A stretch of 64,000 bases of DNA from an uncultured Verrucomicrobiae bacterium. GTDB taxonomy: Bacteria; Verrucomicrobiota; Verrucomicrobiia; Limisphaerales; Palsa-1400. Below the pieces are notes generated by a model that saw only the letters and a list, made by a program, of their open reading frames with translations, did not search any database and was not told the DNA's origin. The stretch spans positions 735,031 to 799,030 of the forward strand of contig CAVWZG010000003.1 in the NCBI GenBank assembly GCA_963759415.1, given 5' to 3'. Position 1 is the stretch's first letter. The number at the start of each line of letters is the position of its first letter. Below are positions 25,662-34,628 of this stretch, one piece after another. Made by a program: the position numbers and the translations under genes.

Positions 25662-28013
25662 CTATGGACTCAATTTGAACGACGCCTGGAATGACTTGCC
25701 CAGCGAGCGGTTGAGGTTGACGCTCAGGACGATGGCGGGCGAGAGTTGCTTCACCGTCACGCCAGGATCGGCGGAAACCAGCGCTGACGCCGCCTGTTTG
25801 AACGTCACCGTCATCGAGCCGGTGTTAGTCTGGGTGGGATCGGAAATGCCCACCGTGAAGTTATGGGCGTGGCTGCGTGTAATGATGGACGATGGCGCGG
25901 TGGCGGTGATCAAGTCGGCGGAGTGGGTTCCGGCGGTCCAAAAATTGGCCGCGACCACGCCGAGGGACGGTTTTTTGGCGGCTTGCACCGCGGGGGTGTT
26001 GGCGAGCACAACAATGTCGGGGTTGGCCGCGTAAGCGGCCACGCTGTCCGCGGTCATGTTGGGCAGGAGCACGTAAGCGTAGGTGGCGTTGGTGGGGTTG
26101 GCGCCGTGGTTGTACCACAGTTTCAAGTAATCATCGGTATAAGCGCTCGAGCTGGAGCCGCGTCTGCTGCGGCCTCCGATATCCGACCATCCGCCGTTGT
26201 TGGCGACAAAAGCCGCCTGCAGGCTGGCCGCGCCACCGGGAAAGTAGTAGCCCCCCACCCCGTCCAAGGCGCACCAGGAAACGTGGCCGAGATTGTTGCT
26301 CCAGCCCATGACCGGCTTTATGACCGTGCCGTTGACTGTGAAATTGTTGGTCGGATCCGTACCCAGCCGGCGGTCCTCCACCGTGGTGTCGATTTCCGCG
26401 TGGCCGGGGCAGGTGATGCCCGCGCCCAGGCAAACGACTTCATTGTCAAACATAAACCACGATTTCTTGGCCGTCAGCGAAGGCGACATCGGGTTGGCCA
26501 GGGACATGCCGGCGGTGCCGTAGGTCTTGGACACCTGCGCGCCGCCCACCCAACTCTGCGAGGTCGTCTGGCCTCTGCCCTCGCCCGCGGCGCGCGGGGT
26601 CATCTCCACGGTGGTGCCGGGCAGGTGGTAGGCGTCCACGGTGGGCCAGAAATCATTGGCGAACTGCCGTTCCACCTCGCCGATGTAGAGGTAGGTCATG
26701 CCATCGCCGGTGAACCAGCCGTGCAGGTTCTCGCTGTGGATGGACTCGTAGTCCGCGATGCGGGTGGAGGACATGCTGATGCCAACGCCGAAGTCCTTGC
26801 GCAGGGCCACCACGCGATCCATGCCGGCAAATTGAAATTGGCCCGAGGCCAGGCGCGGGGCGTCGGCAAAATTGCTGAAGGCCACGGCCGTCGCGGGCGG
26901 CGCGAACTTGGCGAGTTGCCGCATGGCGGCCAGGGTGCGGATGCCGTTGGTGATTTCCGTTTCGTTCGGGCGCGAAATGGTTCGCCCGCGCACCATGTCC
27001 ATCATGACCCCGTTGTAGAGCACCGGCTCAAAGGAATTAGAGACCCATTTGAAAACGCAGGACTTCTCCGCCTCGGTGAATTGCCAGGGCGAATCCGCCA
27101 ACAAGTGGATCAGATCGGTTATGGCGTTGAGCAGGATGAGACCGTAAGCGCCGGTGTAAGCTTTGTTGGTGTGCAACACGAATGAGCCGTCGGCGTAAAA
27201 GCCGTTGCCGTTGGCCACGTCGGGAAACACCCTGGCGATGTTGGTTCGGGCATTGTTGATCCTGTCACCGTCTTTGCCCAGTATCCCCCGGACAGCCATC
27301 ACGATCCCCAGGTCCGCGATACAGGTGCTCCACTGCCATCCATAGGCATTGGCGGGGCCGCCGGGGCTGTGTCCGTCAATGGCGGCGCAGTAGTTGCTGA
27401 TTTGCGCGCTGGTCAGCGTGGGATACATCAGCGTGATGGCGTTGTTAAAGGCCTGGGGTCCGCCGATCTCCCAATCCCACCAGTTGTCGTACTCCGCGAC
27501 GGTCGGGGTATAGACGTGGGCCACCATCCAATCCATGCCGTCGTCGATGGCCGCAGCCAGATTCGTGTTGCCATGGAGCGGGCAGCCGGGCGTGGCCCAA
27601 GCCAGCGCCATCGTTTCCAATTCGGAGAAATTGCGGGTCACAGTGCCACTGGTGGCATTCGTGCCAGCGGGCCGGTTGGTGGCAAAAGTGAAGGAATTTG
27701 AGCCGAAAGGACGGTTCGTGCCGCGATTCATGCCAAAAGGACGGAAGCTCCACAGAGTCGTGCGGGAAGCGTTGGTGTTCATGGTGCTCCAGGCGCGGTT
27801 GGCCCTCTCCACAAGGTTGCTGGGACTGTCCCGGAACATCATGCCAATGGGGATGCCCTCGCCGGAGAGCAGGTAGTGTTGCCACGTCATCCGCAAGGTG
27901 TCGTATTGATCCCCTCGCGCCAGCGGCGCCAATCCAACACAAATTCCCAATGAAACCAGCCAGGCAACGCTCAGGCGAAGTTGGCGCGAAAACACACATG
28001 TTGCGGCAGACAT
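25662..28013 (-). CDS. Polysaccharide lyase family 8-like secreted enzyme (paralog 2)
   Basis: Collinear with paralog 1 (WWDWEIGGPQAFNNAITLMYP, FYADGSFVLH, NLHGWFTGDGMTYLY). Carries an extra N-terminal insert rich in NRP/GTN repeats. Confidence 0.7.
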   Translation of the reverse strand: MSAATCVFSRQLRLSVAWLVSLGICVGLAPLARGDQYDTLRMTWQHYLLSGEGIPIGMMFRDSPSNLVERANRAWSTMNTNASRTTLWSFRPFGMNRGTNRPFGSNSFTFATNRPAGTNATSGTVTRNFSELETMALAWATPGCPLHGNTNLAAAIDDGMDWMVAHVYTPTVAEYDNWWDWEIGGPQAFNNAITLMYPTLTSAQISNYCAAIDGHSPGGPANAYGWQWSTCIADLGIVMAVRGILGKDGDRINNARTNIARVFPDVANGNGFYADGSFVLHTNKAYTGAYGLILLNAITDLIHLLADSPWQFTEAEKSCVFKWVSNSFEPVLYNGVMMDMVRGRTISRPNETEITNGIRTLAAMRQLAKFAPPATAVAFSNFADAPRLASGQFQFAGMDRVVALRKDFGVGISMSSTRIADYESIHSENLHGWFTGDGMTYLYIGEVERQFANDFWPTVDAYHLPGTTVEMTPRAAGEGRGQTTSQSWVGGAQVSKTYGTAGMSLANPMSPSLTAKKSWFMFDNEVVCLGAGITCPGHAEIDTTVEDRRLGTDPTNNFTVNGTVIKPVMGWSNNLGHVSWCALDGVGGYYFPGGAASLQAAFVANNGGWSDIGGRSRRGSSSSAYTDDYLKLWYNHGANPTNATYAYVLLPNMTADSVAAYAANPDIVVLANTPAVQAAKKPSLGVVAANFWTAGTHSADLITATAPSSIITRSHAHNFTVGISDPTQTNTGSMTVTFKQAASALVSADPGVTVKQLSPAIVLSVNLNRSLGKSFQASFKLSP

Positions 28014-28145
28014 AATTCGTTAATATTTAATTGGAGGCAGACCACAACGCATTGGAAACTCGCGCCGCCATTTCGTTGATGCCACCGGCCATGATACTGA
28101 TGTTCGACGGTGACGACGACAGGATTAGTCATTAATTCTCAGGGC

Positions 28146-28669
28146 ATGAATATGCCCTTTCTGACCAATTGGCCAACTTTACTGTTGCTTTTGGGTGTTC
28201 CACGCTATTCCCTGCCAGGCGTGCGTGGCCGTCTGTGCAAATACTGGCTTCCGCTGATCCTCTGGATGGCCCTCATTTTCAGCGCCTCCACCGGGCTGGC
28301 GCCTCCTCCAATACCTCCTCCTTTTTCCGTCCGCTCATGCACTGGCTGTTTCCGGCCATGTCCGAGCATACGCTGGAGCTTATCCACCACAGCGTCCGCA
28401 AGACGGCTCATGTTGTCGAATACGCCGTGTTGGGGGTTCTGGCCTGGCGCACCGTTCGTTTTGACCCGGTCTTCGCCTCGTATCCGCCGCGCCGGCAACT
28501 TTTGTGCGTGTTGTTGCTCTGCATGCTCTACGCCTCGACGGACGAATTTCACCAAAGCTTTGTTCCCTCCCGCCAATCGGACGTGCTGGATGTCCTGCTC
28601 GATACCTGCGGCTCGGGCCTTGGCTTGCTGGCGGCTTGGGGCGTTCGCAAGCTGCGCGGCGCCACTTGA
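28146..28669 (+). pseudogene. VanZ-like membrane protein with apparent frameshift near 28297-28303
   Basis: The frame of ATG 28146 gives KYWLPLILWMALIFSASTGLA (VanZ first TM helix and IF..S motif). The next frame continues SSNTSSFFRPLMHWLFPAMS...RKTAHVVEYAVLG...STDEFHQSFVPSRQSDVLDVLLD and ends at 28669, 4 nt before comEC. The switch lies in a gcgcctcctcc tract. Confidence 0.5.
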
Positions 28670-28673
28670 CCTT

Positions 28674-31091
28674 ATGAAACGTCCGCTGCTGCCAGTGGCG
28701 TTCTTGTTGATTGGCGGCATTCTTTGCGGCGAAATCGTCCGGCCATCCCTGCTGCTGTTGTTCGGAGTGTCCTTTGCGACGGCGGTGGCGGCACTGGCTT
28801 GGGAGCGCGGGCGCGCCTGGCTGCTGGGATTGCTTCTGTTCCTGACGGGATGGACCGACGCTTGCTGGCACTCCGCGATTCTTTCGGGCCACGACTTGCG
28901 GTTGCTGCTGGGCAATCAACCGCAATTTGTGACCTTGCGCGGCGTCATCCTGGCCCCGCCTTCGCAACGCATATTCGAGCGGGACCAGCGCGAATCCTGG
29001 CGTTCTTCCGCGCTCATTCAGACGGACGGGATTCTCTCCAACGGCGTTTGGCAAGCGGCAGACGGCCGGCTGATTGCGAGGACTCCGGGGCTTTTGCCCG
29101 AAAACATCTTCGAGGGGCAGCGGGTTGAGGTGGCGGGGCTGATTGAACCGCCGCACGGCCCATTCGCCCGGGGGATGTTTAATCCGCGCGCCTTTTACCA
29201 GCGGGAGGAGGTCTTTTTCCAATTGCAGACCTCCGGGCCGGGCGACTGGAAAGCGCCCCCGGCCAGCTTGCCGGTCTCGGAACGATTCCGCCAATGGGCC
29301 AGGCAAACTCTGGCCTTGGGCCTGCCCGAGGAGGACGAAGCGCTGCGCCTGACCTGGACTCTGCTGCTGGAGTGGAAGGCCCCGCTGACCGGCTCGGTGG
29401 AGGAACCGTTCATGTGCGCGGGCACCTATCACATTTTCGCCGTGGACGGCTTGCGCATCGGGCTGCTGGCGGGCATCGGCCTGGGCTTGCTGCGGCTGCT
29501 GCGCATGCCCCGCGCGCTTTGCGGCGCGCTGGTGCTGCCGGCGCTCTGGTTTTACGCCGGACTGACCGGTTGGCCGGCGTCGGCGGTGCGCGCCGCGACC
29601 ATGGCCAGCGTCCTGATTCTCGGCTGGGCCTGCCGGCGTCCGTTTGATCTGCTCAATTCTCTTTTCGCGGCGGCCGTCATCGTGTTGTTGTGGGACCCGG
29701 CGCAACTTTTTCAACCTGGTTTTCAACTTTCGTTCGCGGTCGTTCTTTGCATTGGCGTCATTCTGCCGGGGATGCACTTGAAGTTGCGCGGCTATTTATT
29801 CAAGGGCGATCCGTTTTTGCCCGCCACTTTGCAACCGCATTTGCCGGCCTGGCTTTATACGCCCGCCGCTTACGCGGTGGACACGTTTGCCATGTCCCTG
29901 GCCGCCTGGATCGGCTCCATTCCGCTGGCCGCGTATTACTTCCATCTTTTCACGCCGGTAAGCGTCCCGGCCAATTGCGTGGTCGTGCCCGCCACGGCGC
30001 TGGCGCTGATGAGCGCCATGGGCAGCCTGCTGACGGGCGCGTGGCTGCCTGGCCTGGCCGGTCTTTTCAACAACACGACCTGGGCTTTGATGAAATTCAT
30101 CATCTGGTTCAGCCGTTGGGCCGCGCAATGGCCGGCCGGCAATTGCAACCTCGCCGCTCCGTGCGCGGGCGCGTGTCTCCTCTACTACGCCGTCCTGTTG
30201 CTGGCCGCCACCGGCTGGATATTCCGTTCACGGCACAAATGGGCCGTCTCCTCTGGCCTGCTGGCGGTTGGCCTCGGCGTCGCTGCTCATTGGGCGCTCG
30301 GCTGGCGCACCGCGCGCCTTGACCTCCTGCCGGTCAACGGCGTCCCGGTCGTTTTCGCCGCCGGGGAAAAACTTCTCGTTGACTGCGGCAGCGAGGAATC
30401 CGCCCGCAATCTCCTCAAGCCCTTCCTCTGCGCCCAGGGCGTCAATCGTCTGGACGGCCTGTGCCTGGCCGTCGGGCGTTCGGGTTATTTCGGTGGCGCG
30501 CGGCTTATCCTGGCCGACTTTCCCGCCGCTGGCATTTTCACCGGCGCGACGCAAGACCGTTCTCCGGCCTTTCGCAACCTGACCGCCGAACTGCGCCAAA
30601 CGAAAGGCTGGCTGGCGGTGAAGGACGGCGGCCAATTTGACGGCTGGCGCGTGCTCCATCCCGGCCCATCTGACCATTTCGCGCAAGCCGATGACAACGC
30701 CGTGGTCTTGGCCCGCGAATTCAACGGCCATTCCGTCTTGCTTCTGCCCGCCCTGGGCCGCGACGGCCAGGAAGCGCTCATGCGACGGCACCCGGACTTG
30801 CGCGCCGAAATCGTCATCGCCGGCCTGCCCGCGCGCGACGAGCCTCTTTGCGAACCGTTGCTGGACCAACTGCGCCCGCGTCTCATTGTGATTGCCGACG
30901 CCAAATTTCCCGCCACCCGCCGCGCCCCGGCCGCGCTACGCCAGCGGTTGGCTCGTCGCGCCGCGCGCGTGGTCTATGGCCGCGACAACGGCGCACTGAC
31001 CTTGGAATTTTCCCCAGCCGGCTGCTCCCTGCTCACCGCCGACGGTTTGCCCGCCGTTGATCCGCCGCCTATGGAAGACGAAATTCAATAA
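28674..31091 (+). CDS. comEC: ComEC/Rec2 family DNA internalisation channel protein
   Basis: Multi-TM N-terminus from MKRPLLPVAFLLIGGILCG. Competence-domain region LTGWPASAVRAATMASVLILGW. C-terminal metallo-beta-lactamase-like part. The track ORF 28110.. extends upstream only by off-frame read-through of the VanZ gene. Confidence 0.85.
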   Translation: MKRPLLPVAFLLIGGILCGEIVRPSLLLLFGVSFATAVAALAWERGRAWLLGLLLFLTGWTDACWHSAILSGHDLRLLLGNQPQFVTLRGVILAPPSQRIFERDQRESWRSSALIQTDGILSNGVWQAADGRLIARTPGLLPENIFEGQRVEVAGLIEPPHGPFARGMFNPRAFYQREEVFFQLQTSGPGDWKAPPASLPVSERFRQWARQTLALGLPEEDEALRLTWTLLLEWKAPLTGSVEEPFMCAGTYHIFAVDGLRIGLLAGIGLGLLRLLRMPRALCGALVLPALWFYAGLTGWPASAVRAATMASVLILGWACRRPFDLLNSLFAAAVIVLLWDPAQLFQPGFQLSFAVVLCIGVILPGMHLKLRGYLFKGDPFLPATLQPHLPAWLYTPAAYAVDTFAMSLAAWIGSIPLAAYYFHLFTPVSVPANCVVVPATALALMSAMGSLLTGAWLPGLAGLFNNTTWALMKFIIWFSRWAAQWPAGNCNLAAPCAGACLLYYAVLLLAATGWIFRSRHKWAVSSGLLAVGLGVAAHWALGWRTARLDLLPVNGVPVVFAAGEKLLVDCGSEESARNLLKPFLCAQGVNRLDGLCLAVGRSGYFGGARLILADFPAAGIFTGATQDRSPAFRNLTAELRQTKGWLAVKDGGQFDGWRVLHPGPSDHFAQADDNAVVLAREFNGHSVLLLPALGRDGQEALMRRHPDLRAEIVIAGLPARDEPLCEPLLDQLRPRLIVIADAKFPATRRAPAALRQRLARRAARVVYGRDNGALTLEFSPAGCSLLTADGLPAVDPPPMEDEIQ

Positions 31092-31146
31092 AAAACGCAA
31101 CGGCGGGCGGATCGGATAAATGCTTTGGAAGGAAGCAGCAGCCGTT

Positions 31147-31353
31147 TCAAGCAAAGATGCGTTTGGCGATTTGTTTGGGTGTGGCGGGACGGCAACAGCC
31201 GGTCTTGAATTCCGCGCGTGCCGATTTCACCGCTTCGAGAAGAGCTTCGCGCCGGCGTTCTGCCAGACGGCGTTGCAAAACCTCAACCAGCGACTCTTGT
31301 TCTTCGACGCCCAATTCGTCGGCCGAATCCAACACTTGCGCAAAAGTCTTCAT
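31147..31353 (-). CDS. Small alpha-helical hypothetical protein (antitoxin-like, orphan)
   Basis: MKTFAQVLDSADELGVEEQESLVEVLQRRLAERRREALLEAVKSARAEF. Composition is typical of small addiction-module components. No partner gene is present. Confidence 0.3.
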   Translation of the reverse strand: MKTFAQVLDSADELGVEEQESLVEVLQRRLAERRREALLEAVKSARAEFKTGCCRPATPKQIAKRIFA

Positions 31354-31460
31354 GGCTTTGTATATATGCCCATTCACCCGCGAATGCAACCGCCTACCAA
31401 CACAAGATTCTCAAAAAAGGTTGCAAAAACCCGGCATTGGCTCAAAGTTACCCATCAATT

Positions 31461-32114
31461 ATGCGACAGCCCCCCAAATGCAACAACGGCCAGCGCAAGC
31501 CCAAGGGCGGAGCAATTTCCCTTCCTTCCGCAGCGGCTTCGTTCGTCATCTTCGACTTGGAAACCACTGGACTGTATCCGGATGGATGCGAGATCATTCA
31601 GATCGCGGCGACGCGTTTTCGTAACGGAGACGTTGTGGCAAACGACGCGTTCTTCAGCTATTGCAGGCCGGCCCAGCGCATATCCCGATTCATCTCAGTT
31701 TACACCGGCATTACCGACCAGGATGTCCGTCATGCTCCCAGTCCCATTGAGGCGCTGGAGCAATTTTCAAGGTTTGTCGGAGATTCCGTCATCATGGCGC
31801 ACAACGGCCACCGATTTGACATCAAGTTTCTGGAGTCCACCTGCGCCAGACACCGAAGGAAGGTGCGAACCGTGGAATCCATCGATTCCATATCTCTTTC
31901 CAAACGCCTGTTTGGCACGGCCCGGGGAACGGGACATTCACTTGACCGTGTGATGCAGCGCTTGGGGCTGAATCCCTCCAAATATCAACGTCATGATGCG
32001 CGTGGCGACATCAAGGCCTTGGCGGACTCGGTCAAAATCATGTGGCAACGACTTGGCCTTGACCCGCAATGCAGCGTCATCGCGAGGCGCGAGACATCGC
32101 TGCCTGCAATTTAA
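31461..32114 (+). CDS. DnaQ-like 3'-5' exonuclease (DEDDh, Pol III epsilon family), stand-alone
   Basis: Exo I FVIFDLETTGL. Exo II VIMAHNGHRFDIKFL. Exo III YQRHDARGDIKAL. Confidence 0.8.
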   Translation: MRQPPKCNNGQRKPKGGAISLPSAAASFVIFDLETTGLYPDGCEIIQIAATRFRNGDVVANDAFFSYCRPAQRISRFISVYTGITDQDVRHAPSPIEALEQFSRFVGDSVIMAHNGHRFDIKFLESTCARHRRKVRTVESIDSISLSKRLFGTARGTGHSLDRVMQRLGLNPSKYQRHDARGDIKALADSVKIMWQRLGLDPQCSVIARRETSLPAI

Positions 32115-32163
32115 AAAAACGAAAATAGTTGTTTAGCTGGCCGTTTGGTTTTATAGTGTCAAC

Positions 32164-32394
32164 ATGAGAACGGCAGTTGAAATCGAAGCGGACATAGACC
32201 AATTGCCCGTTGCGGAACGGGCAAAGTTACGCGACAGGTTGTTGGCACGTACCGCGACGAATCCCAAAACCGGGGCTGAACTCGCCGCACTCTGGCCCAC
32301 GAGCTTTCATTTAACTACGCAAGAGGCAGATGAGTTCGCGCGGGACCTGGAGGCTTCACGTCAGAACCCGCCGAAAGCTCTGTTGTGGGAATAG
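32164..32394 (+). CDS. Putative antitoxin of the downstream PIN toxin
   Basis: 76-aa ORF whose stop overlaps the PIN gene start (GTG 32385). Assigned by position and size only. Confidence 0.5.
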   Translation: MRTAVEIEADIDQLPVAERAKLRDRLLARTATNPKTGAELAALWPTSFHLTTQEADEFARDLEASRQNPPKALLWE

Positions 32395-32792
32395 TGATTG
32401 ACAGTTCGCTGTTCATCGCCAGCGAGCGAGCAAGATTCAACCTCGAAGAATTTCTCGCCGCGCATCCCACCGATCTGTTTTTTATCGCCGCGATCACGGC
32501 ATCCGAACTCTTGCATGGCTGCGCCCGGGCAACCGACAGCATGGTTCGCGCGCGCCGCATCCGTTTTGTGGAAAGCGTATTGCAGAATTACGCCATGCTG
32601 CCTTTTGCGCTGGCCGAAGCACGGGAACACGCGAAGATATGGGCAGAGTTGGAGAGCCGCGGCCAGATCATCGGGGAGCGGGACCTTTAGATTGTAGCCA
32701 CTGCCAAGGCCAACAGTCATGCCGTGGCGACCCTCAATCGCGGGGAATTTGAACGGGTTCCAGGAGTAGTTCTTGTGGAAACCAAGCAATAG
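32385..32792 (+). pseudogene. vapC: PIN-domain VapC toxin interrupted by in-frame TAG at 32688-32690
   Basis: GIVIDSSLFIASER...ITASELLHG...GERDL*IVATAKANSHAVATLNRGEFERVPGVVLVE. The amber codon replaces the residue in the conserved DL(W/L)IAATA segment. The remainder stays in frame to TAG 32790-32792. Confidence 0.7.
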
Positions 32793-32873
32793 TCTCCGAG
32801 GCCGTTTACCGGCCCCTTTCGGATGAAAAGTTTTTCTTGCCAATGCATAGGGTTTCGATGTATCGTTCCCGGC

Positions 32874-33188
32874 ATGAACCTTAGGGGCGCATTGCCAACA
32901 TTGATTTTGCAAAATTTGCAGCGAGGGCCGAATCACGGCTACCACATCGCGCAGGAGATCAAGCAAAAATCCAAAGGCGTACTCGACTTCAAGGAAGGCA
33001 CGCTTTATCCGGCTCTGCACGGTCTGGAGGGAAAAGGGTTCATCGCGTCCCACACCTGCGAGGAAAACGGACGGACCCGCTGCTATTACAAATTGACAGA
33101 AAAGGGCAAAAAAGCCCTGGCGCGGGAAAGGCAGGAGTGGCGGCGCATTTCCGGCGCGTTCAATCTCGTTCTGGAGGAGGCAACGTGA
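32874..33188 (+). CDS. PadR family transcriptional regulator
   Basis: LILQNLQRGPNHGYHIAQEIKQKSKGVLDFKEGTLYPALHGLEGKGFI...YYKLTEKGKKAL. Confidence 0.85.
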   Translation: MNLRGALPTLILQNLQRGPNHGYHIAQEIKQKSKGVLDFKEGTLYPALHGLEGKGFIASHTCEENGRTRCYYKLTEKGKKALARERQEWRRISGAFNLVLEEAT

Positions 33189-33865
33189 GCAGGCATGATC
33201 CCGAGCGTGTGACATTTCTCTGGCAGTGGCTGGACATCGCCACGGCGAAACTTTCCGCCCCGGCCAAGGAACGAATACAACTCGAAATCGAAGCCCACGT
33301 TGCCGACAGCGTGCAAAGCCATCAGGCCGAGGGCTATTCTGAAACCGACGCTCAAGCTGCCGCTCTGGCTGAATTGGGGGACGCAACCACCGCCGCAAAG
33401 CGTTTCCGCAGACGGCATTTGACCAGCAAGGAAGCAAAGAGGGTGGGTAAAATATTGGAGCGTTCTGAGAGTTTTCAGACCCTCGCGGCGTATGCTTTCT
33501 GCGCTTTCGCGTGTCTCCTCCTCTACATTCGCATGAAAGTTAACACGCCTGATGCGTCTATCATGCTCATGATTACCGTCGCGTATTCCTTGTCCTTCGG
33601 GTATGCGACGATTGGTTTTTTAGCACACCGCAAAAGTTCCAAGCCCGATATTCGTTTGCTCGTTTTGCTCAAGATCCTATCTGATGGATGTTTTGAGGTA
33701 GTGACTGTGAAGACAATGTTCGGTTGGCTCGGGTGGGAAGTTTGCTGCGCCGTGGTGATCGTCCTAACTATGTATTTACTCCGCGATTTTCGCATCTGGT
33801 TCAAGCTTGGGCAGGGTGACACCATCGGGTTGGAAACGCCGTCGCGCGGCGCCCCTGCAGAATAA
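33185..33865 (+). CDS. PadR-associated membrane protein (N-terminal helical sensor-like domain + TM helices)
   Basis: GTG 33185 overlaps the padR stop. KERIQLEIEAHVADSVQSHQAEGYSETDAQAAALAELGD resembles the helical domain usually encoded after PadR genes. Hydrophobic helices follow. Confidence 0.5.
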   Translation: MSRHDPERVTFLWQWLDIATAKLSAPAKERIQLEIEAHVADSVQSHQAEGYSETDAQAAALAELGDATTAAKRFRRRHLTSKEAKRVGKILERSESFQTLAAYAFCAFACLLLYIRMKVNTPDASIMLMITVAYSLSFGYATIGFLAHRKSSKPDIRLLVLLKILSDGCFEVVTVKTMFGWLGWEVCCAVVIVLTMYLLRDFRIWFKLGQGDTIGLETPSRGAPAE

Positions 33866-33894
33866 TTTTGTGTCCCTTGTGCTTGCGCGGTATA

Positions 33895-34317
33895 ATGCAA
33901 ACGATGAGTCCAGACATCCGCTGGAAACAACGGTTTCAAAATTTTGACCGCGGCTTCGTGCTGCTCCGCGAGGCTCTGGAGCGCAAGCCGGAGGCCCTTT
34001 CCATGTTGGAGAAGGAAGGGGTGATTCAGCGGTTTGAATACACCTTTGAACTGGCCTGGAAAACCCTCAAAGACTACCTCGAAGAAGGCGGATTGATCAT
34101 CTCTCCGCTCACGCCGCGCCAGGTCATCAAGGAAGCCTTTGCCGCCAAGGTGATTTCCGAAGGTGAAGTGTGGGTCAACATGCTGGATCATCGCAATCTG
34201 CTTTCTCATACCTACGACTCTGCGGTTTTTGAACAGGCGGTCGAAGCCATTGCCGGGCGCTATCTGCCAGCCATGGCCAAGATGCATGAGTTCTTCCTGG
34301 AAAAAAGCGCGGAATGA
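33895..34317 (+). CDS. HI0074-family nucleotidyltransferase substrate-binding protein (HEPN toxin-like)
   Basis: RWKQRFQNFDRGFVLL...GVIQRFEYTFELAWKTLKDYLE...RNLLSHTYD (R-X4-H HEPN motif). Confidence 0.8.
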   Translation: MQTMSPDIRWKQRFQNFDRGFVLLREALERKPEALSMLEKEGVIQRFEYTFELAWKTLKDYLEEGGLIISPLTPRQVIKEAFAAKVISEGEVWVNMLDHRNLLSHTYDSAVFEQAVEAIAGRYLPAMAKMHEFFLEKSAE

Positions 34318-34628
34318 AATCTCCCAACCTCAGGCCCGATGAACTCGCCTTGTTGCGGCGAGTCTTTCAAGGACATCCGGAGATCAAGACTGTCAAGCTG
34401 TTCGGCTCTCGCGCCAAGGGCACCAACGTCCCTTCTTCGGATATCGACCTCGCGCTCTGGGGAGAGGTGGATGCCCTGCGCGCCGAATCCATAGCTGCCG
34501 AATTGGACGAATTGCCGACACCTTACAAATACGACGTCAAACCCTTTCACCTCATCAAACTGGCCCCGTTGCGCGAGCACATTGAGCGCGTCGGCATCAC
34601 CGTTTATCCGCAGGAAGAAGAGAGTTGA
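34314..34628 (+). CDS. Minimal nucleotidyltransferase (MNT antitoxin-like, HI0073 family)
   Basis: VKLFGSRAKGTNVPSSDIDLAL (GS...DxD NTase motif). ATGA overlap with the HEPN gene. Confidence 0.85.
   Translation: MKSPNLRPDELALLRRVFQGHPEIKTVKLFGSRAKGTNVPSSDIDLALWGEVDALRAESIAAELDELPTPYKYDVKPFHLIKLAPLREHIERVGITVYPQEEES

Noticed and set aside
24264-27185. Plus-strand ORFs 24264..25595 and 25863..27185
   Set aside because: They are antisense shadows of the two PL8-like genes.
28110-28673. N-terminal 188 aa of the 993-aa 'ComEC' ORF
   Set aside because: This part is mostly off-frame read-through of the VanZ-like gene. ComEC-like sequence begins at ATG 28674.
28380-29777. 465-aa minus-strand ORF
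   Set aside because: It is an R/P/Q-rich antisense shadow of comEC.
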